A stretch of DNA of 64,000 nucleotides from a virus (taxonomy: Duplodnaviria; Caudoviricetes): positions 13,224-77,223 of the IMG/VR virus record IMGVR_UViG_3300006226_000018; one strand, written 5' to 3'. A program made the translations under genes and the position numbers. This document shows positions 28,976 to 36,843 of the stretch, piece after piece. The notes under the pieces were generated by a model that saw only the letters and a program-made list of their open reading frames with translations, was not told the origin of the DNA and did not search any database. Positions within the stretch are counted from its first letter, which is position 1. Each line of letters starts with the position of its first letter.

Positions 28976-29292
28976 AAGAGACCGAAACCCGTAACCGCAT
29001 GTTAGAAACACTACCACAACGCACAAAGGACGCGCTACAGGCATTGTGGGAGCATGGGGTAGCCACGCAGGTGTACTATCTGCTGGCCGCTTGCAATTGC
29101 ATGGCCGAAGCAAGCCGATATACCGGCTGCCTCGTCTGCAACCGTGATGTGGTGTATCACTGGCAATGGGTGGACGGGGTAAACAGGGAGTTGAAAGTAA
29201 CTTATTGCGACTACTGCGGGTGGAGGTCAGTTCCCGATGGCGTCCTGCAAGCACCTGTAGTAAGATACGCAGAAGGAGGTGAAACACCATGA
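28969..29292 (+). CDS. Hypothetical protein with CxxC motifs
   Basis: CLVC and CDYC; coupled. Confidence 0.6.
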   Translation: MLKETETRNRMLETLPQRTKDALQALWEHGVATQVYYLLAACNCMAEASRYTGCLVCNRDVVYHWQWVDGVNRELKVTYCDYCGWRSVPDGVLQAPVVRYAEGGETP

Positions 29293-29458
29293 AGAAGCTG
29301 TTTGTGTAGACAATTAAGGCCGTACACCGGCGACAGGCCCGGTACTCCCAACAGCGGGGGAGCCGGGCCTTTTCAATTGCAGTCGCAGGTAATTACTTTT
29401 GTACGCACAAAGGGAATTACTTGTGTTTGCAATACATTACAGCGAAGGAGTGAGGGGT

Positions 29459-29806
29459 ATGCGGGAATTGAAGTGGGAGAGCTTCCGGGAAATGTTCGAC
29501 CTCGGTGTTCCACGTGATGGGCATGTAACGTGGAAACGGGAGGACAGTAACTTTACCGAATTTGAGTTGCGCTGCAAAGAGCGCGAAATGGAGGTATACG
29601 GGTACGGATACTACGACGGGGACTACCCGGTGGCCTTCCTGCGTGTTTATTATCACGTCACAACCAGCGGATACATGGTTGTGAAGGGCTATGGCGTGTA
29701 CTTGGGCAAATATATCCACCCGAAATACTGCCCACAACAGATTCGATTGTGGATACAGACCCGGATTAACGAGCTACCGGGCTGGGACGGGAGAATGGAC
29801 GGGTGA
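29459..29806 (+). CDS. Hypothetical protein
   Basis: GAGGGG SD before MRELKW. Confidence 0.55.
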   Translation: MRELKWESFREMFDLGVPRDGHVTWKREDSNFTEFELRCKEREMEVYGYGYYDGDYPVAFLRVYYHVTTSGYMVVKGYGVYLGKYIHPKYCPQQIRLWIQTRINELPGWDGRMDG

Positions 29807-30039
29807 TTATCAAATATCCGGTATTGAACAACGGGGACATCTGCTATACGTTGACTCAGGCGTTGGAGTGCGCCATGAAGCAACCATTGCTCAAATGGTG
29901 TACATACCTGTTTCGTTCACCAGCGTCCAGTATTTTGCACCGGTCGATGATACGCCTGTATGTGGAGCGGGACCACACAGGTAAGCTGGTTGATTATCAG
30001 GTGCGCACCGACCGAGTACAGGAAGGATGGGAGGTGTGA
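29803..30039 (+). CDS. Hypothetical protein
   Basis: GTGA overlap; 78 aa. Confidence 0.5.
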   Translation: MIIKYPVLNNGDICYTLTQALECAMKQPLLKWCTYLFRSPASSILHRSMIRLYVERDHTGKLVDYQVRTDRVQEGWEV

Positions 30040-30040
30040 C

Positions 30041-30190
30041 ATGGTTGTACGTGGGATGACGAAATTTGACCGACTGCGGGAGCATGTCGGCCACCACATC
30101 GTTTGCGTAATATATGGTGATGTCGAAGTCAGCATCGAGTGCGAGGACTGCAATGAGGTCCTCTATAGCGTACCAAAGGAGGATGATTGA
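30041..30190 (+). CDS. Small zinc-ribbon-like protein
   Basis: GGAGGTG SD; HVGHHIVC...ECEDC. Confidence 0.55.
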   Translation: MVVRGMTKFDRLREHVGHHIVCVIYGDVEVSIECEDCNEVLYSVPKEDD

Positions 30191-30474
30191 GCATGACAAA
30201 TAGCGCAAGCACATATCTATTCCAAACGAACGTCCTAAACATGACACAAGAACAGTGGGACGACGTTATGGACAAACTCGACCGCACCATCACAGTGCGG
30301 GAGGCCAAGGAGCTGTACGAAGTCAAGCAGAAATCGACTTCCGTACATTTCGCGGCATATCAGGCCGCTGTCGCTGAGGAAGATGCAGCACGGAAAGAGT
30401 ACCTGATCGAGATGCGCAAGGCGTTCCAAGCATACGTGAAGGAACGTGCCGAAGGTGGGGGTGAAGATGCGTGA
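30187..30474 (+). CDS. Hypothetical helical protein
   Basis: ORF track, coupled. Confidence 0.55.
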   Translation: MSMTNSASTYLFQTNVLNMTQEQWDDVMDKLDRTITVREAKELYEVKQKSTSVHFAAYQAAVAEEDAARKEYLIEMRKAFQAYVKERAEGGGEDA

Positions 30475-30598
30475 AACAGCGTGGGGAGGCACTTGACGAG
30501 TTGCTAAAGCAGAAACGGGAATGGAAATCCAACAAGCGGAAACGTGAGTTGGAACGCACCCGCACCCTCAAACTCGCCGCCGCGCAAGGTAAGCCGCG

Positions 30599-30886
30599 AT
30601 GACGTTATTATCCCGGATCAAGCAAGAGTATGAGAACCGAGATGCCGTATATCGTGCTGACTGCCTGCTACGGGGACAATGGCACAGCATCTGGAGCAAG
30701 TACAGGGAGTTGCGGGACGAGCTGGCGAAGGTAGAGCAGCGGCTACTCCGCACATACGAGCAGAACAAACAGGGCCGTAACATCGACTTTCATTGGCCGG
30801 ACGAAAGAAAGCCGAATTACGAGCCTATTGTGTGCCCCACTTGTGGGCATCAGACATGGGAGCTGCCAAATGCCGAAGCGGAATAG
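30599..30886 (+). CDS. Coiled-coil protein with C-terminal CPTC
   Basis: ORF track. Confidence 0.5.
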   Translation: MTLLSRIKQEYENRDAVYRADCLLRGQWHSIWSKYRELRDELAKVEQRLLRTYEQNKQGRNIDFHWPDERKPNYEPIVCPTCGHQTWELPNAEAE

Positions 30887-31127
30887 GCGCGGAGGCATCT
30901 ACTGCCTAGAGTGCAAGGTCTGTACCCGTAAAGTACAGAATTGCACAATACTTCTTGAGACTGCAAAGCAATTTCAGCAGTCCGAGAAGGAAATGGAACG
31001 GCTCGCACAGCGGCTAATGGTGCTGATTCACGAGGATATGCGGGATAACGTACCCTGCCTGTTCTCACCATGCCCCTGTACAAAGTGTGAGGCACCAAAC
31101 TTTATCGATCACCGAGAGGGGGAATAG
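30828..31127 (+). CDS. Cys-rich hypothetical protein
   Basis: ORF track; start uncertain. Confidence 0.4.
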   Translation: MCAPLVGIRHGSCQMPKRNRRGGIYCLECKVCTRKVQNCTILLETAKQFQQSEKEMERLAQRLMVLIHEDMRDNVPCLFSPCPCTKCEAPNFIDHREGE

Positions 31128-31129
31128 CA

Positions 31130-31603
31130 ATGAAGTTCAGGACAGACGCAGAGTGGGACGAAACTATTGCTGCGTTGTACAACAGCGCAGATGTACAAGA
31201 GTCGCGGACCACGCATGAGCAACTTGAGCAGCAAACGGCTGAGATGTTGTTGCGGTCTGTGGAGGCCGTCAACAAGGCTGAGGATATGGTACGCCGATAC
31301 TTTGCGGAGGCGGTGACAACCTACAAGAGGCACTTTAACCGCCCCCAAAGGTTTAATGGCACCGAGCAAGAGTTACGGGACCATGTGATTGCAACACCAA
31401 CGGTCCGCAATGCTTTGGGCGACGCACAGGTGGCCGCTGAGGAAGCGGCAGACGCAATACTAATGCACATGAGCGCACATCTACAAATGGAGCAGGCGTG
31501 GAAGGAATATATGGACACGCTGAAAGAAGAATACGCCTTGCTACCATTACATGGCGATGATGACAAGGAGGTAAAGAAGGAGGATGTCGCAAGCACGGAC
31601 TAA
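31130..31603 (+). CDS. Hypothetical helical protein
   Basis: GAGGGGG SD; 157 aa. Confidence 0.65.
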   Translation: MKFRTDAEWDETIAALYNSADVQESRTTHEQLEQQTAEMLLRSVEAVNKAEDMVRRYFAEAVTTYKRHFNRPQRFNGTEQELRDHVIATPTVRNALGDAQVAAEEAADAILMHMSAHLQMEQAWKEYMDTLKEEYALLPLHGDDDKEVKKEDVASTD

Positions 31604-31907
31604 GACTGACATGAGGGCGTACATCTACTACGCCTTATGCCTGCAAGTAAGGTTCTATAGTACGCTGGCCGACGCTCATAAGTGGCGGAACCAAGCCAAG
31701 AATGAGTATTACTTGGAACGATTGGGTCAGGTGCGTAAACTGATGCTCGGTATGGAGGACCTATACCCCGACATGATGGTACGGGATAGAGGCCGGTTCA
31801 TGCCGGTAAGTAGCTATTCACCCCGTGATATTACAACACGAGGGGTTATCCGCTACATGGGCGAGCATAACCAGCCCACAATCTGCATAAGACAGGAGGG
31901 TGAGTGA
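31584..31907 (+). CDS. Hypothetical protein
   Basis: GGAGG SD; 107 aa. Confidence 0.6.
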   Translation: MSQARTKTDMRAYIYYALCLQVRFYSTLADAHKWRNQAKNEYYLERLGQVRKLMLGMEDLYPDMMVRDRGRFMPVSSYSPRDITTRGVIRYMGEHNQPTICIRQEGE

Positions 31908-31910
31908 GGT

Positions 31911-32240
31911 ATGGCATCGGTAAGTTTCAAGTACCCTGCGTACAACCCTCGGCGGTTCAGCCAACCGTGGGGCGCAGTGGTATGGTTCAACGAAATGTCC
32001 CGGTCCGAATATGACTTTAGCAAAGGGACATTCGTTGGGACCGCTGAGGAAGGCGGTCGAGTAATCATTACATGCAAACGAGGGGACATTATCGCGACCG
32101 GCCAGAAGGACTGGCGACGTGGTAAGGGCTACAACACGTTTAACGACTGGTACATAGTAGGCGAGGACGGGGAGCTTACCAAAGTTTCACAGGTGGAAGC
32201 TCTTGACCACTTCAATGAACGAATGGAGGTGCCTCAATGA
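31911..32240 (+). CDS. Conserved-looking phage protein
   Basis: YNPRRFSQPW...GDIIATGQKD pattern; GAGG SD. Confidence 0.65.
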   Translation: MASVSFKYPAYNPRRFSQPWGAVVWFNEMSRSEYDFSKGTFVGTAEEGGRVIITCKRGDIIATGQKDWRRGKGYNTFNDWYIVGEDGELTKVSQVEALDHFNERMEVPQ

Positions 32241-32533
32241 GCAGCAGTGCCGACCTGTATATTCCGAAATTTAACCGGGCGTACATGTGGGGGATTAGGA
32301 GGCAGCTTGAAGATGCCCTGAAAGACCCCTCAGAGCCCCGTAGAACGTTGGAGTGGATGTTCGAGCGGTATCATGACGCTCAAACCGAAGTTGACCGGAT
32401 CAAGACGGATATTACACGTCTGGAGAGAGAGCTACATGCGGCAGGCAAGGAGGTAGATATGGCAATGGACATCTACCTTGAATTTGCAAAGAAGGTATTG
32501 AAACCGGAGAAGCCGGATGCCGCCAGTAGCTGA
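32237..32533 (+). CDS. Hypothetical coiled-coil protein
   Basis: ATGA overlap, GGAGG SD. Confidence 0.6.
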   Translation: MSSSADLYIPKFNRAYMWGIRRQLEDALKDPSEPRRTLEWMFERYHDAQTEVDRIKTDITRLERELHAAGKEVDMAMDIYLEFAKKVLKPEKPDAASS

Positions 32534-32705
32534 CCTTGACAAGTTCTGTGAGGAATTGTATTCTATTCCCACAGTTCGAGAAGCATTTAACACATGGAGG
32601 GCGGCAGTTAAGGCACGGGAGCTGGCCGAACAGTTTGAGGCAACCGCTCAAGACACGTACTATCGTACTCTGGATCGCATCTTCCAGACGATGGGCGTAG
32701 TATAG
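32517..32705 (+). CDS. Hypothetical protein
   Basis: 62 aa, GGAG SD. Confidence 0.55.
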   Translation: MPPVADLDKFCEELYSIPTVREAFNTWRAAVKARELAEQFEATAQDTYYRTLDRIFQTMGVV

Positions 32706-32892
32706 ACAAACAGGCTGATGACCGGCCACTAGCTAGGCTGGCACAGTCATATACGCAAACGGGCCGGACGGAATACCGAAGATGCCCGAATGATTGCGGG
32801 AAGGGAGTGAGTCCACCGGCTGTATCAGGGTGAATTTGACAACCATAGTTTATTAGAGGACTTTTCACAGAGGGGCACTGCGTCACAGCGCG

Positions 32893-33450
32893 GTGTCCCT
32901 CACTCTTTTGGGAAGGAGAGATGAGCAGATGAGCAGAGGGTTTTTCGACATCAACAACTATCTGAACACCACCAATACTGGAGAGGGGGAGAACATCCAT
33001 ATGAGCAACGACACTACTACAACCACCAAGAGGAAGCGCGGAAGGCCAACAAAGAACGCCGCCGCCGCCAACACTACTACCGCTACCGCTACGCCGCCTG
33101 TTACCAAGCCTGCCGCGATAGTATCAACCGCACCGACCGCACCGACCGCTGAGGAACTGGCCGCGCAAATCAAGGAACTGAAAGAGGCTCGCAAGGCTGC
33201 CTTGGAGGCTGAGAAGGCCAGCAAGAGGTATTGGGAGCAGGAAACTGAGGAACAGATTGTCTCGTCGGACAAGAATATCATCACCCTGTTCAGGAACGCT
33301 GGGGTGTTACAAGTGAGTAAACCCATGTGGAAGAATAAATCCGGGGAGATGGTACATGGAAAATCCGTAGGAGTCGATTTACACTCCTTGGGCCGAAATG
33401 GTATCATGGAGCTGGTAAAGGCCCTGACAGCCTACGCCGAGAACGTTTAG
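32893..33450 (+). CDS. Protein with Thr/Ala/Pro linker and a possible PC4-like nucleic-acid-binding domain
   Basis: Likely start MSNDTTT; C-terminal LQVSKPMWKNKSGEMVHGKSVGVDL loosely resembles the PC4/YdbC fold. Confidence 0.45.
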   Translation: MSLTLLGRRDEQMSRGFFDINNYLNTTNTGEGENIHMSNDTTTTTKRKRGRPTKNAAAANTTTATATPPVTKPAAIVSTAPTAPTAEELAAQIKELKEARKAALEAEKASKRYWEQETEEQIVSSDKNIITLFRNAGVLQVSKPMWKNKSGEMVHGKSVGVDLHSLGRNGIMELVKALTAYAENV

Positions 33451-33474
33451 CGACACAGCGACAAAGACCTCTAT

Positions 33475-33496
33475 AAGGGGGGGGAAACCCCCCTTT
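33475..33496 (+). terminator. G/C hairpin terminator
   Basis: AAGGGGGG..CCCCCCTT stem after the ORF stop. Confidence 0.6.
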
Positions 33497-33681
33497 GCAG
33501 ATTTCTCACGGGTAGTAAGGACTTTACTTCCGTTTATGAAATAAAGGTCAAAGGGCCTTTTACTTTAAGTTGGGGGGGTATTTTACAAACCCGTATATAG
33601 CGCGGACTTATATTACTTTTACTATCAAGTAAAATCCTATATAAACTGGATTTATATATACCAACGCAGGAGGGGCTGAAA

Positions 33682-33981
33682 ATGAGCAAGGCAATGAGCG
33701 GTGCAACCATGTATCAAATCATCAGGCACAAGGCAGCGTACCTCTACGCAGATTGTGTGGAGGCAACGCACGAGGGGACGGATGAGCATAGGATAAAGCT
33801 ATCATATATCCGTTTCCAGTGTATGACGGAATTGATAGCGCAAATCGTTCCCGATTGCAAACTGGATAAGGAGTTGGCTGACATTCGGGGCCTCGGTGGA
33901 GAGATGGGCATGGAAAGAATTGAAAATGAGCGAAAATTGCGGAAGGAGGAATTTCAGAATGGACAAGCAAAAGGTTTTTAA
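33682..33981 (+). CDS. Hypothetical protein
   Basis: GGAGGGG SD. Confidence 0.6.
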   Translation: MSKAMSGATMYQIIRHKAAYLYADCVEATHEGTDEHRIKLSYIRFQCMTELIAQIVPDCKLDKELADIRGLGGEMGMERIENERKLRKEEFQNGQAKGF

Positions 33982-34432
33982 AAGTCTGCACTTGTTCAAA
34001 AGGGAACACTTGGTGTTTATGTTGCTACAAAGCGAATTGCGGGGCATATTTAACACTGTTATTGAGATGAACTGGCACGAATACACCACCCGGAATTGGG
34101 AAGCGTACATCAAAATGTACACGTCCACTGAGGACGAACCGGTGTATGTGCCGCATCCAGTGAGCAACAACATAGCATTTCACCGGATGTATCAGGAAAC
34201 TATGCGGCTGTTCACCAGCAAAAAGCTCGAATGGGAGATGCACACAGCCCATTATGAGTTTATGGGGTACGATTTTGTGGCGAGAACATTGTTCGCTACT
34301 ATCAGCCAAGCGTTCCAGACCATTACGGTCAACATGAAATTCGACCAGAAAAAGGATGATGCAGATGAAACCACCGCGCAACATGACCATAGCGCATGTG
34401 GTAGTCGTGTACCGAATAGGGGAACAATATGA
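33959..34432 (+). CDS. Hypothetical protein
   Basis: GGAGG SD before MDKQKV. Confidence 0.6.
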   Translation: MDKQKVFKSLHLFKREHLVFMLLQSELRGIFNTVIEMNWHEYTTRNWEAYIKMYTSTEDEPVYVPHPVSNNIAFHRMYQETMRLFTSKKLEWEMHTAHYEFMGYDFVARTLFATISQAFQTITVNMKFDQKKDDADETTAQHDHSACGSRVPNRGTI

Positions 34433-34568
34433 ACTGGTTGTTCCTTGGGAAATGAGTGATGGAGAGTGCAATGAACTCATCAAATCATTCGGCAAGAAAT
34501 TACAGGAGCAGGAACGGTTAGCACGGACCGTCATTCAGGACGGGTTTGACTATGAAAGGAGGAAATAA
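34356..34568 (+). CDS. Hypothetical protein
   Basis: ORF track; start uncertain. Confidence 0.45.
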   Translation: MMQMKPPRNMTIAHVVVVYRIGEQYELVVPWEMSDGECNELIKSFGKKLQEQERLARTVIQDGFDYERRK

Positions 34569-34979
34569 ATGACAGAACTTCCGGGCAAAATGTGGAGCTA
34601 TCACCGACTGCTGTTTTGGTATTTATACTCTACGCTACTTCGTAGCTATGACGTATACACCATATTCAGCGAAAAGCAAGTGTTTCCGACACCAGAAGCA
34701 CGAGAGCGTATGAAAGAACGCATCGAGCATAACTCTCGAATGTTGGATACGCTGTGCTGTTTTGTGATGGGATTGATTGACCAGCATCGGGATGAACAGC
34801 GTGAAAATAAAATCTACACACCTGCGCACGTGTTCATTAACTCGCTGGGTCAGGAAATTGATATTCAGGTTGGAATGGATTTTAGCAACGGCAAAGTCAC
34901 TGTGTCTCAAACAGGGGGTTACTCGCCCTATGGGAAAGTAACCGGGAGAAAAACAATCGTTGAAGGGGGTAATGAATAA
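34569..34979 (+). CDS. Hypothetical protein
   Basis: AGGAGG SD. Confidence 0.65.
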   Translation: MTELPGKMWSYHRLLFWYLYSTLLRSYDVYTIFSEKQVFPTPEARERMKERIEHNSRMLDTLCCFVMGLIDQHRDEQRENKIYTPAHVFINSLGQEIDIQVGMDFSNGKVTVSQTGGYSPYGKVTGRKTIVEGGNE

Positions 34980-35674
34980 TGGGTACAAGAGGTGCAATCG
35001 GATTCAGGAACAGCGGACGGGATTATATAACATACAATCACTTCGACAGCTATCCCGGATACTTGGGAAATGGACTGCTCGGTGAGCTGGCAGAAACGAA
35101 TATCCCGCACTTGCTACACATCGCAAGCAATCTGATACTGGTAAGTGACGACGAGGGCAGCCCGAAGCCGACCGACATCCAAGTCAGAGAGTGCAAGGAG
35201 TACGTGAATCTCACCGTGGCATCTCGCGATGAGTATTCGTGGTACTGCCTGCTCCGGGGCACACAGGGCACACTGAAACCTTACATCGCGAAGGGTTTGC
35301 GCTACATGATCGACAGTAGCACCTTCATATACGATTCGTTGTGGTGTGAGTACGCTTACATCGTAAATCTGGATAAAAACCAATTCGAGTTTTACAAGGG
35401 ATTACAGCTACGGCTGGACCCGACGAACAGGTACAAGGTGGACGAACCGCATGAAGTGCCGTTACTTCCCAACGAAAAAGGCAATGATAATGAGGAAGAT
35501 GCGGACTCGGCGGCAATCAGGAGGCGGTACTACCCCTGCCGACTGTTGGCAGCATATGACCTGAAAGAAATCTGTAACGCGAAAGATGTTCCGGCGATGA
35601 TTGCGCGAATCGTCGCTGATATGGAACAGCGTTCGGAAAAAGACTCCAAATATAACAACGGAGATAACGTGTAA
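34979..35674 (+). CDS. Conserved phage protein (MGTR...YNHFDSYP...G family), function unknown
   Basis: N-terminal motif pattern; coupled to the GATase gene. Confidence 0.65.
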   Translation: MGTRGAIGFRNSGRDYITYNHFDSYPGYLGNGLLGELAETNIPHLLHIASNLILVSDDEGSPKPTDIQVRECKEYVNLTVASRDEYSWYCLLRGTQGTLKPYIAKGLRYMIDSSTFIYDSLWCEYAYIVNLDKNQFEFYKGLQLRLDPTNRYKVDEPHEVPLLPNEKGNDNEEDADSAAIRRRYYPCRLLAAYDLKEICNAKDVPAMIARIVADMEQRSEKDSKYNNGDNV

Positions 35675-36828
35675 TGTGCAGGGTCCTACTAGCGACCAAG
35701 AAACGTCTGCAAGAGTATGAAAAGCAATACAGCCTACTGGACCTGATGCACCATCTGGAAAAAGAGTGCGGCGGTCACGGCAATGGGCTGACACTGTTCA
35801 GCAACAAAGCGGAAGGAAAGTGGAAATCGCCGAAGTATCAGGCGATTTTCCACAAGAAGGGTATGTCATATACCGTGGAAGAAGTGCTTACGCACATACA
35901 GGAACGCATAGCCGACACGGACTTGGTAATGTTCCATACCAGAATCGCCAGCGTGGGTGACATATGTGACGAAATGTGTCACCCATTCTATTACAAAGGC
36001 AAAATCACCACGTGGAACTTACCAACCAATGACGATTGGTGCTTGGAAAACAATACGGAGAATGAAATATGGGGTCAGATGAATGGCACCATATATGACT
36101 TCGATCAACTGTGTGAGCTTGTGGACGAGAACGACACACAGCTCATGCTACGCACCATCATCGGCCTGCCGGAAGCAAAGATTCACAAGGCATTGATAGA
36201 CTCCCGGCAGGTATGGACATGCGTAATCAACGGTGTGCCCTTCGTAACCAAGGGCAACGGGAGCTTAACTGAATGGGTCCCGAGAGATGAGCGCATCAGC
36301 ATGAAGGAGTTTTTCTTCGTAAGCTCGCTGCCAGTGGACTTGAAAAGCGAAAATAGTCCGCTTGGGTATCTGTTCAGTTTTGACGGCACCAAGCGTTCGA
36401 CAAAGAAGCGGTTGGACGAGGACCGATACAACAGGTACGACGATTGGTACTACCGTAATCAGGGTCGTTGGCGTGACGATGATGATGAACGGTACGGACT
36501 GACAACGCACAGCGCAATAGCTGGTATCGGTTACAAGGAAGATGTTATGACCGATGAAGATTTGTTGGACGATGACGATAACTTAGGTGTTGAGTTTGAG
36601 CGTGAAATCGACACCAACGAGGACCCGTCGTACTATGAAGGGTTTGATGCTGGTTACAACGTAGGGTATACCAACGGCGTGAAGGATACCCAAGAAAAAA
36701 TAGAAGCCGCAGCTAAACCCAAGTCTAAATCACCCCCGACAAAGGAGGAACGCTTGGCAGCGTTGAAAGAACATGGAATTGTTACCGTGCAATCCGTAAC
36801 TCCCGGTCAGAAACGACATAAAATGTAG
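35674..36828 (+). CDS. Class II (Ntn) glutamine amidotransferase
   Basis: MCR start (catalytic Cys2), FHTRIAS, CHPF, NGTI, NDT motifs. Confidence 0.85.
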   Translation: MCRVLLATKKRLQEYEKQYSLLDLMHHLEKECGGHGNGLTLFSNKAEGKWKSPKYQAIFHKKGMSYTVEEVLTHIQERIADTDLVMFHTRIASVGDICDEMCHPFYYKGKITTWNLPTNDDWCLENNTENEIWGQMNGTIYDFDQLCELVDENDTQLMLRTIIGLPEAKIHKALIDSRQVWTCVINGVPFVTKGNGSLTEWVPRDERISMKEFFFVSSLPVDLKSENSPLGYLFSFDGTKRSTKKRLDEDRYNRYDDWYYRNQGRWRDDDDERYGLTTHSAIAGIGYKEDVMTDEDLLDDDDNLGVEFEREIDTNEDPSYYEGFDAGYNVGYTNGVKDTQEKIEAAAKPKSKSPPTKEERLAALKEHGIVTVQSVTPGQKRHKM

Positions 36829-36843
36829 AAAGGTGGATGTAAT

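Noticed and set aside
32712-32760. Hammerhead ribozyme (CTGATGA plus stem)
   Set aside because: Required GAAA core after stem II is missing
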